Below, in pieces: positions 1-10,879 of a DNA stretch of 46,062 nt. Below the pieces are notes generated by a model. That model saw nothing but the letters and a program-made list of their open reading frames with translations. It did no database searches and was not told where the DNA came from. Position 1 is the first letter of the stretch, and every line of letters begins with the position of its first letter. This stretch comes from Octopus bimaculoides. Lineage: Eukaryota. A program made the translations under genes and the position numbers. The stretch spans positions 20,467,881 to 20,513,942 of the forward strand of contig NC_068986.1 in the NCBI RefSeq assembly GCF_001194135.2, in the 5' to 3' direction.

Positions 1-243
1 ACGTAAAAAACACCATTTGAGCATGGCCGTCGCCAGTACCGTCGAACTGGCCCTCGTGCTGGTGGCACATAAAAAGCACCCACTACACTCTTGGAGTGGT
101 TGGCATTAGGAAGGGCATCCAGCTGTGGAAACTCTGCCAGATCAGATTGGAGCCTGGTGTAGCCATCTGGTTCGCCAGTCCCCAGTCAAATTGTCCAACC
201 CATGCTAGCATGGAAGGCGGATGTTAAATGATGATGATGATGA
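1..243 (+). mobile_element. RTE-clade LINE 3' end (tandem unit + conserved tail + (GAT)n)
   Basis: Contains gtggcacataaaaagcacccactacactc...catgctagcatggaaggcggatgttaaa(tga)n, a tail present in more than 10 copies across the window. It is linked to RTE ORF remnants at 9906-9985 and 45650-45750. Confidence 0.8.
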
Positions 244-498
244 GGTAAACATATACAAACCTACATTCGCACAAACACGAAATGCTATCAAAAGGCCCAA
301 ACAGACAGCCCCACCCACGTGTAGAACCTAACATACTCATCAGTTACAACAGCTCCACCAACCCATATGGTGAGTCTTCATTCGGTACAGTCCAACTGGG
401 ACAATCACACAAACTGAACAGTTTAAACATCCTTACCATTCAAATACCAAGGATAATCCACAAGAGGGATTATACCACACAAGAAGACCAATACTTAC

Positions 499-625
499 AA
501 ATATGGAATTGTGTTTATATCGACAGATGACGGTGTGAAGTTGTCAATTTTCTTTCCTTTCAGTTCAGGCATAACTGGAATTTTGAGGAGGCCAAAGCCT
601 GTTGCCAATCGACCAAAATCAAGAT
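499..625 (-). CDS. DDX55: DDX55 coding exon 13 (DLDFGRLATGFGLLKIPVMPELKGKKIDNFTPSSVDINTIPY)
   Basis: Acceptor ctaattcactcaacag|AT, donor TT|gtaagt, 127 nt, phase 1-2. GF.LL..P.MPEL signature. No stop codon reached in the window. Confidence 0.95.
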
Positions 626-654
626 CTGTTGAGTGAATTAGAAAATAAAGAATA

Positions 655-1205
655 CTGCATGACAGCTGGAGAGGTGTGGAGAGGTGAGGAAAGATGGAAG
701 AGGTGGTGGATTAAGCAAAGAGGAAACTTTGTGAGTGGATTTCATGGATGGAAAATTGGAACTGAAACCAGCAGTGAACATAGGATATGTATCATGTGTG
801 ATCGTGTTCTGTTGTCAAAAGCAGGATACGTGAATCATATGAGGTCACATGAAAATTGAAATGCCCAGGTAGGTAATAATCTTGAATGCCAACCACCTCT
901 TACGATTTGTGTCATATGTTATAAAACTTGTAAGACAATATCTGGACTTAAAAGACATATGCTAGTTCACAAAAACATTCCTTCAGAATCAGATTCCAAA
1001 GGGCAAAGATATAGAAGAAACATCAAAAATATCTGTCACTTGTGTTTTAAACCCTGTCAGTCAGCAGCTGGTCTTAGAAGCCATCTGAGGGCTTACCAAC
1101 AGAGGGATTGTGCTGTGTGATGGGATGTGGAGTGTGTGTGTGTTGATGGGACGGCTATCATCTGTCAGGATGAAGCATTCATGATGTGTATTTGTGTGTG
1201 TGTGT
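655..1205 (+). mobile_element. 5'-truncated LINE (probably RTE clade) C-terminus with three C2H2 zinc fingers, one in-frame stop, (TG)n tail
   Basis: Same frame as ORF 602..859: CIMCDRVLLSKAGYVNHMRSH, stop at 857-859, then CVICYKTCKTISGLKRHMLVH and CHLCFKPCQSAAGLRSHLRAY, TGA at 1118-1120, then a TG-repeat tail. Confidence 0.7.
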
Positions 1206-1255
1206 TACTGCCTCATTGAATTGACGTCATGTGATAAGAGGAGTAAACAAGGGCG

Positions 1256-1432
1256 TAGGAGTGGCTGTGTGATAAGTAGCTTGCTTACAAACCACATGGT
1301 TCTAGGTTCAGTCCCTCTGTATGGCACCCTAGGCAAGTGTCTTCTACTATAGCCTCAGGCCGACCAAAGCCTTGTGAGTTGATTTGGTAGACAGAAACTG
1401 AAAGAAACCCATCGTATATATATATATATATA
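1256..1432 (+). mobile_element. tRNA-derived SINE family A, 5' half
   Basis: ggagtggctgtgtgataag...ggttcagtccc (A/B-box-like), body ccttgtgagtggatttggtagacagaaactgaaagaa, then (TA)n. Many copies in the window. Confidence 0.8.
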
Positions 1433-1559
1433 TAGGATTAGAAAGTGGACAACTGAACGATACAGCCTTACCTGACATCTATGTGAAAAACAAAAAAATT
1501 AAGAAAAATTAATAATACTCTTGAAATGAGGAGGGAAGCAGAATATTTGACAAACTCAC

Positions 1560-1648
1560 CTTTAGTCCGGAAGATCATGCTACATTCATGTTTGGCATAA
1601 GACTGGATAAAGGAAACGTAAGCTCTCACACTCTTGTCATAAAGGGAT
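1560..1648 (-). CDS. DDX55: DDX55 coding exon 12 (SLYDKSVRAYVSFIQSYAKHECSMIFRTK)
   Basis: Acceptor ttcttctccacag|A, donor G|gtgagt, 89 nt, phase 2-1. YAKHEC signature of the Spb4/DDX55 C-terminal extension. Confidence 0.95.
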
Positions 1649-1725
1649 CTGTGGAGAAGAACAGAACACTTCTTTCTTTATAAACTGCTTTTTTTTTATG
1701 TTAATTTTTCCATGTTCTAAAATTT

Positions 1726-2054
1726 CTATATTTAAGAGATGAGGAATTATGTACATTATTTACATTTGACAGATATTTGTCCTCATCTTGTTTGTTGTTA
1801 ACACGTTTCGGCTGATATACCCTCCAGCCTTCATCAGGTGTCTTGGGGAGATTTTGAACCTGGGTTCTCATTCCTAAGGTATTTTTTGATTTTATTATTA
1901 TTATTATTATTATTCAGGTCACTGCCTGGAATTGAACCCAGAATCTTGGGGTTAGTAGCCCACGCTCTTAACCACTATGCCACATGCCCGTGGTTAAGAG
2001 CATGGGCTACAAACCCCAAGACTCCAAGTTCGATTCTAGGCAGTGACCTGAATG

Positions 2055-2086
<32 letters not shown>

Positions 2087-2245
2087 CATCATCATCATCA
2101 TCATCACATCGAAAAATACCTTAGGAATGAGAACCTTGGTTTGAAATTTCCCCCAAGACACCTGATGAACGCTGGAGGGTAGTATATCAGCCGAAACGTG
2201 TTAACAACAAACAAGATGAGGACAAATATCTGTCAAATGTAAATA
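1726..2245. mobile_element. Head-to-head palindromic retroposon (tRNA-like head, (AAT)n, hammerhead-like tail) with 14-bp TSD
   Basis: 1726-1989 (-) and 1990-2245 (+) are inverted copies. The direct repeat atgttctaaaattt flanks it at 1712-1725 and 2246-2259. Confidence 0.85.
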
Positions 2246-2870
2246 ATGTTCTAAAATTTGTTTGAAAATTTATTTTTCTAACTGGATACCCTTTCTCCTG
2301 TAAACCAAAATATATGATGCAAGACTTTCCTCAGTGAGCGGTCACAGCATCAGACAATCAGATGCTGCTGTACCCTACTGATGGCTTATTGTTTATTGGT
2401 TTTACAGATGAGATGACAATATGTATAACCCAGACCTGTCTATGAATACCAGACTATTATTATGATGCACTGTGCTTCCTGTCCAATCCATGCCAGATTA
2501 GGAAAATAGATACAAAAATCACCAACCCATCACAACAATTGGTACCCTAAAACCCCCTCAACCCCTCAAGTAATGTTTGTTGTCCACGAGGAGCTCTGAC
2601 CTGTCAACCTTCTCCCCTAACACCCAAAAAGCATTGGTAATGGTACCACGTAAAAAGCACCCAGTACACTCTGTAAAGTGGTTGGCATTGGAAGGGCATC
2701 TGCCCATAGAAACCTGGCGTGGCTCCTGGCCTTGCCAGCACCTGTCAAACCGTCCATCTCATGCCAGCATGGTAAACACGTTAAATGATGATGTATGTAT
2801 ATGTGAGCATGCATCAGTGTTTGTAAACAAAAGAGAGAGAAAAAAACATTAAAAAAAGAGAATTGCTCAC

Positions 2871-2950
2871 CTGTCCTTCTCAGAAAGTCTTTTAAGTTTA
2901 TCGACGGCTGGAAGGACATTATCAGATTTTGAAAATTGTCGCATTGGCAC
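2871..2950 (-). CDS. DDX55: DDX55 coding exon 11 (VPMRQFSKSDNVLPAVDKLKRLSEKD)
   Basis: Acceptor tttttattccag|GTG, donor AG|gtgagc, 80 nt, phase 0-2. Fills the alignment gap between motif VI and the C-terminal extension. Confidence 0.9.
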
Positions 2951-3040
2951 CTGGAATAAAAAGGAAACTATGTAGACACTAAGACAATATATTTCAGGAG
3001 AAATATAGTAATGAAAGAATTAAAGTTTTCAGGTACTGAC

Positions 3041-3155
3041 CTTTTGATTCCTGGCTATAAATTCTATGAAAGCATCTTCACTTGGGGTCAACAGCACCAG
3101 ACTATTTCCTGTGTTACCAATACGAGCAGTTCTTCCACTGCGATGGACAAAAGCA
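3041..3155 (-). CDS. DDX55: DDX55 coding exon 10 ([38 protein letters not shown])
   Basis: Acceptor ctctctttccag|T, donor AAG|gtcagt, 115 nt, phase 2-0. Motif VI. Confidence 0.96.
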
Positions 3156-3344
3156 CTGGAAAGAGAGAAAGACCAAAAGGGATAATTATTAGTGGTAGAA
3201 TAACAAAGTGGGGAGCTAAACACTTTACAAAATGATTGGTGAAATTCATTGGCATCAGATAAAATGCCTTGTGGTTAGGGTTCTTTATATTCAGAGTTCA
3301 ACTCTGTCTTTTATCCTTTCTGAAACAAAATAAAGTACCAGCCA

Positions 3345-3830
3345 AATATTCTGTTTAATACCACAGATTTGTTTGTCAGTTGTTTGACCTTAACCAGTTG
3401 AGCATGTCCCTTGGTGGCTGACGATATGTGCATCTCTGATCATGAGCAGAAGTAGTGGGGGAGCATCATAGCCATGTGTTGAGAGGAGTTCTTTGGGGTT
3501 TGAATAATTCACCTTTGGAAACATGGGTGTTTTGCTCAACATCCTTAAACAAACCTTATTCAGAGACCTTTTGAGTGGAATGGGCTACTCAACCTGAAGA
3601 AAATTCTAACTGGGCCCCACCTACTAGGTCGTACGCTATTTATCTTGATATAAGATCACCATGTCGCGTACATATGGTTGTGATGCATGTGCCTGGTGTA
3701 CCCTTATCAGACGGGTAGTCATAATGGGTAAACTGGGCTTCGTATATTTTACCCCAGTGTCACTTTGATGGCATGCACTGCCCTCTCACTCAATAATAAT
3801 AATAATAATAATAACAATAATAATAATAAT
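3345..3830 (+). mobile_element. Probable interspersed retroposon with (AAT)n tail
   Basis: Non-coding block ending in ctctcactc(aat)n. Single copy in the window; recognised only loosely as an octopod-type repeat. Confidence 0.4.
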
Positions 3831-4555
3831 ACTTATGTAATCTCAAATTTTAAAACAAACTCAAAATTTTCTTATGGTTTCTTAAACATTCTCTAGAACA
3901 ACACTATGTACAANNNNNNNNNNCTGTCTCTCTGTCTCTCTCTTCTCCTCTTTCTCTTTATTTATTTAGGTTCCATTATTTTCTTCGTGCTTCTTCAAAA
4001 ATGATAATAATAACAACAACAACAACAATAATAATAATAATAATAATAATCATCTTCAGAGTGGCAGAAAAATGTTTTGCAGTATTTTTTTCTTGTTTTT
4101 TACAATTACATTCTGAATTCAAATAGCAATGCCTTTCATCTTCTTGAGAGTTGGTAAAATGAGACATCAGTCAAGCACTGGTGTTAATGGCACCAACCAC
4201 CCATGTACTGCTAAATTTGTGACCTTGTGTCTAAATTAGAGATAATCATTATCACCACTGATGAAGGCAATCAACAATATATAAGTGGCTGTGTGGTAAG
4301 GAGTTTCCTTCCCAACCACATGTTTCTGGGTTCATTCCCACAGCATGGAACCTTGGGCAAGTGTCTTCTACTATATGTGGCACCATCACAAGTGCTATTT
4401 ACATGGCACCAGTACTTTTTACGTAGAACCAGCACCAGTTCTTTTTCAGTGGCATAATCACCAGTGCTTTTTACACTGAAGAACAAAACAATGAAAACCA
4501 AAAATATGAAGAAAAAAAAAAAAAAAAAAAAAATGCAGATGAATAAACAAGAGAC

Positions 4556-4648
4556 CTGGCTGAACTTGGTGGATCATATTGAAAAACCCAGTGAACTTCA
4601 GGAACATCAACTCCACGAGCCATTACATCAGTACACATCAGGATTCCA
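4556..4648 (-). CDS. DDX55: DDX55 coding exon 9 ([30 protein letters not shown])
   Basis: Acceptor ttctttctttaag|T, donor AG|gtctct (weak), 93 nt, phase 2-2. Motif V. Confidence 0.94.
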
Positions 4649-4912
4649 CTTAAAGAAAGAAGAAAAACAGAAGCAGTTTATAGCAAGAATTGAAAAATTT
4701 ACAAAGAAATATCATATTTCTTATATGATCGGCACAAGGCTTTAAATTTGTAAGTCTGAAGAACTCTCATATTTTTCTTAGGCTCGCTGTGAGCCTACTC
4801 CTGTTCCAGCATACATCACAGGTTTCAGATTTATGGCGAAGAGTGTAAATAAGATTGTGACTATCAGAATAAATGACGTTAGAGAGTTATTTCTTTACTA
4901 CCTACAAGGGGC

Positions 4913-5007
4913 TACACACAGAGGGGACAAACAAGGACAGACAAACGGATTAAGTTGATTATATCGACTCCAGTGCGTAACTGGTACTTATTTAATCGAC
5001 CCTGAAA
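4913..5007 (-). mobile_element. SINE family D fragment
   Basis: gaggggacaaacaaggacagacaaacggattaag...ggtacttatttaatcgaccc, matching the near-full copy at 39955-40190. Confidence 0.75.
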
Positions 5008-5631
5008 ATTTGTAAGGTGATTTTGGAGAGATTTAGCTATTATTTCAACCAGGATAAACATTTCCTTACTGACTTGACGTTGCATATTGGACACAATTCC
5101 TAAAGAATTCTTATCATACACAAAGCTTGGAACAACAATAGAGGAACAGAAATAAGAAAGCGTTGGACCAAACATCTGATAGGTGACATGAATCCCATAA
5201 ACACCCCATACTATGCTTTGATTTAGCCCCAGACCATTACCCAGAGTTGATAAAATAATTACCACACAGNNNNNNNNNNNNNNNNNNNNNNNNNNNNNNN
5301 NNNNNNNNNNNNNNNNNNNNNNNNNNNNNNNNNNNNNNNNNNNNNNNNNNNNNNNNNNNNNNNNNNNNNNNNNNNNNNNNNNNNNNNNNNNNNNNNNNNN
5401 NNNNNNNNNNNNNNNNNNNNNNNNNNNNNNNNNNNNNNNNNNNNNNNNNNNNNNNNNNNNNNNNNNNNNNNNNNNNNNNNNNNNNNNNNNNNNNNNNNNN
5501 NNNNNNNNNNNNNNNNNNNNNNNNNNNNNNNNNNNNNNNNNNNNNNNNNNNNNNNNNNNNNNNNNNNNNNNNNNNNNNNNNNNNNNNNNNNNNNNNNNNN
5601 NNNNNNNNNNNNNNNNNNNNNNNNNNNNNNN

Positions 5632-5920
5632 NGTGTTTGAGCAAAAACACCTAAAGCTCCATGAGGCTCCAGCAGAGGGTGGTGACAAACCCTGCTGTAC
5701 TCTTTCACCACAACTTTCTCTCACTCTTTCTTCCAGTTTCTGTTGTACCTGTATTTCAAAGGGCCAGCCTTATCACACTCTGTGTCACACTGAATCTCCC
5801 CGAGAACTATGTTAAGGGTACACGTGTACGTGGAGTGCTCAGCCACTTGCATGTTAATTTCATGAGCAGGCTGTTCTGTTGATCGGATCAACTGGAAGCC
5901 CAACAGAGTGCCACAACGAT
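5632..5920 (+). mobile_element. SINE family C (head lost in the gap)
   Basis: Co-linear with 27286-27636 (aaagctccatgaggctcc...gtatttcaaagggccagc...gatcggatcaactgga). Confidence 0.8.
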
Positions 5921-6361
5921 AATTGATAAGCTTCATTCAATTTCTGACTATCAAATTCATACACACTCATAATGTTTTGGTAAGCCCAGGGCTATAGCAG
6001 AATTCACTTGCCCTAAATCCACTCACAAGGTTTTGGTCAGCCTGAGGCCATGTAGTGGGACTGAACCTGGAACCACATGGTTGGGAATAAAACTTCTTGT
6101 CCACATGACCATTCCAGCATCACAGTATTTAACTTTAACACAGATTCCCTTGGATTAAATATCAGGTTATCACGGATAAAGTTCCCAAATGGCCTGGTAG
6201 CTAATACTAGCAGCTAAATGATTATACAATGAAGTCTAATTTAGAAACACAAGGAAATGCCAACTTTTGAAATGAACTCTTGATATCTGGCTAGGCAGTC
6301 CATATCTTGACCACTCAACCATCATCCCATTACAAGCTGGCCATGTTACAAAATAATAATG

Positions 6362-6855
6362 ATCATCATCACTTAATGTCCGCTTTCCATGCTGGCATGG
6401 GCTGGAAGGTTTGACTGGGGACTGGCAAGCCAGGAGGCTGCACCAGGCTCCAATGTGATCTGGCGATGTTTCTACAGTTGGATGCCCTTCCTAATGCCAA
6501 CCAGTCCAAGCGGGTAGTGGATGCTTTTTATGTGCCACCAACATGGGGGCCAGTCAGGTGCCACCTGACCAGCTCCCTTGCTGGTGGAACATAAAAAGCA
6601 CCATTCGAGTGTGGTCGATGCCAGTGCTGCCTGACTGGCTCCTGTGCTGGTGGCACAATTATTTAATGTCCATTTTCCTTGCTGGCATGGGTTGGACGAT
6701 ATGACAGGAGTTGGTAAACCAAAGGGCTGCACCAGGTGCTAGTCATCTGTTTTGGCATGGTTTCTATGATTAGATGCCCTTCCTAATGCCAACCACATAA
6801 CAGAGTGTACAGGATGCTTATTACATGATACTAGCACAGGTGCTTTTAATGTGCA
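6362..6855 (-). mobile_element. Two adjacent RTE LINE 3' ends, the first with ~2 hairpin tandem units
   Basis: (cat)n...ctttccatgctggcatggg tail occurs twice; gccagtcagg/ctgactggc units at ~6525-6655. Confidence 0.75.
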
Positions 6856-6874
6856 CCAAAGCAAAGTAACTTAC

Positions 6875-6964
6875 CTTTGCTGTTTCCGGAATCTGGCAAA
6901 AATATTGTTCCTTTTCTTCCTCATTTTGCCATGGATGCCTAAAATCGAGTGTTTTTTCAAAATC
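6875..6964 (-). CDS. DDX55: DDX55 coding exon 8 (ILKKHSILGIHGKMRKKRNNIFARFRKQQ)
   Basis: Acceptor ttccttttacag|G, donor AG|gtaagt, 90 nt, phase 2-2. IHGKM motif. Confidence 0.94.
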
Positions 6965-7704
6965 CTGTAAAAGGAAAGTGATTCTTGACTGAGAATGGTA
7001 GAAATTTATTTTCCTATAATGTATTTTTTTTATTATTATATATTACTATATATTTGATATTTTTATAACACCTACTTACACAATCAGTGAAGAAATATTA
7101 ATATATAACATACAGATATATAAAATCAGTGAAGGAAGTCATGTTATAAAGTTGGGTACGTGTATGAGACAGTATGTGTGTATATTTGTTCAGAAACTGA
7201 AAGAGAAGGCTAAGATGAAAGAGGAAGAGCCAGCTGGAGGTAAGGGGGGTAGAGAGAGAGGTGGGGAAATGATGGAGATTTAGCAAGAAACATTATTACA
7301 TGGAATAAATGGGAAAGTGACATATCCCATAAACAAAAGATAAAATTTGTTTTGTTGTAATGTCATTTTGATGTTTGTTAAATTAAAAAAAAATAATGCT
7401 GCTCCGTAACTGAAAAAGATTCATCCTCATCAACAGTAGCAGCATTTTAAGGTAGGAAAGGTGGGAGTGTTTGTCATGGTTGGAGAGGAAAGACTGGAGT
7501 ATTTGTCATGGCAGGAAAGTTATGATATCGTGACAAGAAGACACACACTAACATACACACACACGCAACGTGGATTTTTAAGTTTCCATTTACTAAATCC
7601 ACTCACAAGGCTTTAGTCAGTCCGGGGTCATAGAAGACAGCTACAATGGGACTGAACCGGAGATTAGGTGAGTGGAAAAATGAACTTAATCACACAGCCA
7701 TCGC

Positions 7705-8062
7705 TTGACATCTGCTTTCCATGCTGACATGGGTTGGACAGTTTGACTGAGGTCTGGCAAACCAGAAGGCTGCACCAGGCTCCACTCTACAGCTGGATGC
7801 CTTTCCTAACACCAACCAGTCCAAGAGGGTAGTGGATACTTTTTATGTGCCACCAGAACGTGGGCCAATCAGATGGTACTGGCATCAACCACGCTCAAAT
7901 GGTTCTTTTTTCAAGTGTCACCAGCACGCGGGCCAGTCAGGCAGCACTGGTATCATGCCTGTTCAATTGGTGCTTGTCACATGCCACTGGCACGGGAGCC
8001 AGTCAGGCAGTACTGGCATCAACCACACTCAAATGGTGCTTTTTACATGCCGCCAGCATGGA
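7705..8062 (-). mobile_element. RTE LINE 3' end with ~66-bp tandem array
   Basis: Shared tail plus repeated gtgccaccagc..gccagtcagg..ctggcatcaaccac.ctc.aatggtgcttttt units. Confidence 0.8.
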
Positions 8063-8149
8063 AGCCAATATTTACTTACTTTGTTGACTCGGTATCTTGC
8101 TATTAGCCTGTATGAGTACAGGATCTTCAGGCAAGTTACATCTGTGGGT

Positions 8150-8214
<65 letters not shown>

Positions 8215-8241
8215 AGTTTGTAGCAATTATTAAAGACTCAC

Positions 8242-8366
8242 AATTTTAGTGCACCACAAAAATAGTCGACAGCAGCACAAGTGCTGAAGAAAACCATCAC
8301 TTTGTCATTTTTGTGTTCTCTAAGGAAATGCACCAACTGGTTGAACTTCTCATCACCCTCACAGAT
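8242..8366 (-). CDS. DDX55: DDX55 coding exon 7 (ICEGDEKFNQLVHFLREHKNDKVMVFFSTCAAVDYFCGALK)
   Basis: Acceptor cttttggtcag|ATC, donor TT|gtgagt, 125 nt, phase 0-2. Motif IV. Lies within ORF 8238..8462. Confidence 0.95.
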
Positions 8367-8705
8367 CTGACCAAAAGTCAAAGAAAAACACACAAAAAAA
8401 GTCATCTCTGAATAAATAAACAAACATATCTCAAAAACTGTATTTATTTGTATGTAAGTCACACTATATTTATCCTTAATTTTTAACTGAAAAACTGGGG
8501 TGCAATTTTTATAGAAGGCAAAGGTAAAACTATGAGGGGGGTGGGGGTGGGGCGGAAAACTTTTGTGCTAAGATTTAACCCTGCTAAGCCATATTCCTTC
8601 TATAAGCTAAATGTCATTTCTGCTGAATTCTAAGTAAAGCAATAATGAACAACAGACATAGAAAAAAGAAGATGCAATCAATTCTGTCATTTAGTTTGCC
8701 TGCAA

Positions 8706-9987
8706 GTAGATACTCTTTACTTGTTTCAGTCATTTGACTGTGGCCATGCTGGAGCACCACCATTAGTCGAGCAAATCGACCCCAGGACTTATTCTTTGTA
8801 AGCCTAGTACTTATTCTATCGGATCTCTTTTGTTGGACCGCTAAGTTACGGGGACCTAAACACACCAGCATCGGTTGTCAAGCGATGTTGGGGGGACAAA
8901 CACAGACACAAACATACACACGCACATACATATATATATCATCATCATCATCATCATCGTTTAACGTCCGCTTTCCATGCTAGCATGGGTTGGACGATTT
9001 GACTGAGGACTGGTGAAACCGGATGGCAACACCAGGCTCCAGTCTGATTTGGCAGAGTTTCTACAGCTGGATGCCCTTCCTAACGCCAACCACTCAGAGN
9101 NNNNNNNNNNNNNNNNNNNNNNNNNNNNNNNNNNNNNNNNNNNNNNNNNNNNNNNNNNNNNNNNNNNNNNNNNNNNNNNNNNNNNNNNNNNNNNNNNNNN
9201 NNNNNNNNNNNNNNNNNNNNNNNNNNNNNNNNNNNNNNNNNNNNNNNNNNNNNNNNNNNNNNNNNNNNNNNNNNNNNNNNNNNNNNNNNNNNNNNNNNNN
9301 NNNNNNNNNNNNNNNNNNNNNNNNNNNNNNNNNNNNNNNNNNNNNNNNNNNNNNNNNNNNNNNNNNNNNNNNNNNNNNNNNNNNNNNNNNNNNNNNNNNN
9401 NNNNNNNNNNNNNNNNNNNNNNNNNNNNNNNNNNNNNNNNNNNNNNNNNNNNNNNNNNNNNNNNNNNNNNNNNNNNNNNNNNNNNNNNNNNNNNNNNNNN
9501 NNNNNNNNNNNNNNNNNNNNNNNNNNNNNNNNNNNNNNNNNNNNNNNNNNNNNNNNNNNNNNNNNNNNNNNNNNNNNNNNNNNNNNNNNNNNNNNNNNNN
9601 NNNNNNNNNNNNNNNNNNNNNNNNNNNNNNNNNNNNNNNNNNNNNNNNNNNNNNNNNNNNNNNNNNNNNNNNNNNNNNNNNNNNNNNNNNNNNNNNNNNN
9701 NNNNNNNNNNNNNNNNNNNNNNNNNNNNNNNNNNNNNNNNNNNNNNNNNNNNNNNNNNNNNNNNNNNNNNNNNNNNNNNNNNNNNNNNNNNNNNNNNNNN
9801 NNNNNNNNNNNNNNNNNNNNNNNNNNNNNNNNNNNNNNNNNNNNNNNNNNNNNNNNNNNNNNNNNNNNNNNNNNNNNNNNNNNNNNNNNNNNNNNNNNNN
9901 NNNNNGATAGCGGAAGCTATCGACTACCTCTAGTTTTTCACCCTGGAATGAGATAGAAGTTGTTTCCTGTTTGTTTGCAGTCTTTAT

Positions 9988-10025
<38 letters not shown>

Positions 10026-10200
10026 CACATGCATGTATACGACGGGTTTCTTTCAGTTTCCATCTACCAAATCCACTCACAAGGCTTTGGTTGGCCCATG
10101 GCTATAGTAGAAGACACTTGCCCAAGGTGCCACGCAGTGGGACTGAACCCGGAACCATGTGGGTGGGAAGCAAGCTTCTTACCACACAGTCACTCCTACA
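8706..10200 (-). mobile_element. SINE family A split by a nested ~1-kb RTE LINE (8939-9985)
   Basis: SINE 3' half at 8706-8938 and 5' half at ~9986-10200 share orientation. Between them are an RTE (cat)n tail at 8939, a gap, and the RTE ORF remnant KQETTSISFQGEKLEVVDSFRY at 9906-9985. Confidence 0.75.
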
Positions 10201-10879
10201 CCTATTGCAACTATTTATTTATTTTTGTGCTCAGGAGCTCAGGCAGAGGATAAAGTTAGACACAGGGGTCCAGGTCTGAGAGGGTTAACACTAAATTAAG
10301 GGTTTGATTTGTACAGGAGTGCAACTTACACGTGAGTAAATATGGTGTATGTAATAGAAAAACCAAGTTAGTTAATAATATATACACAAGTTGTCTGCGC
10401 CCAAACATAGGTAAATCATTTTCATTTAAGGACTGATCACTGTAGGGTCCTTTTGAGAAATTTGGTTACAAGTATGGCACCACTTTAGTACCTCATTTAC
10501 AGCATAGAAGAAATTATGGTTTCTAAAAGGTTTCACCTGACACAGAATCATTTTGGCAGACATGCTACCTTCATGGTACTGTAAATTTACAATAAATGAA
10601 TAATCATCATTTAACATCTGTCTTCCATGCTGGCATGGCTTGACAGGAGTCGGCCAGATAGAAGATTACACCATACTTCTGTGTCTGTTTTGGTATGGTT
10701 TTCACAGCTGGATGCCCTTCCTAATGCCAACCACAGAGTGGAATGGGTGGTTTTTACATGGCACCAGCACAGGTGAGGTCAATTTTAGCATAGTTTTTAC
10801 AGCTGGAAAAATGAAATAAATAAACTTTATGGACAGTATGTATGATAGAGAGAAGGATACATATATATATATATATATA

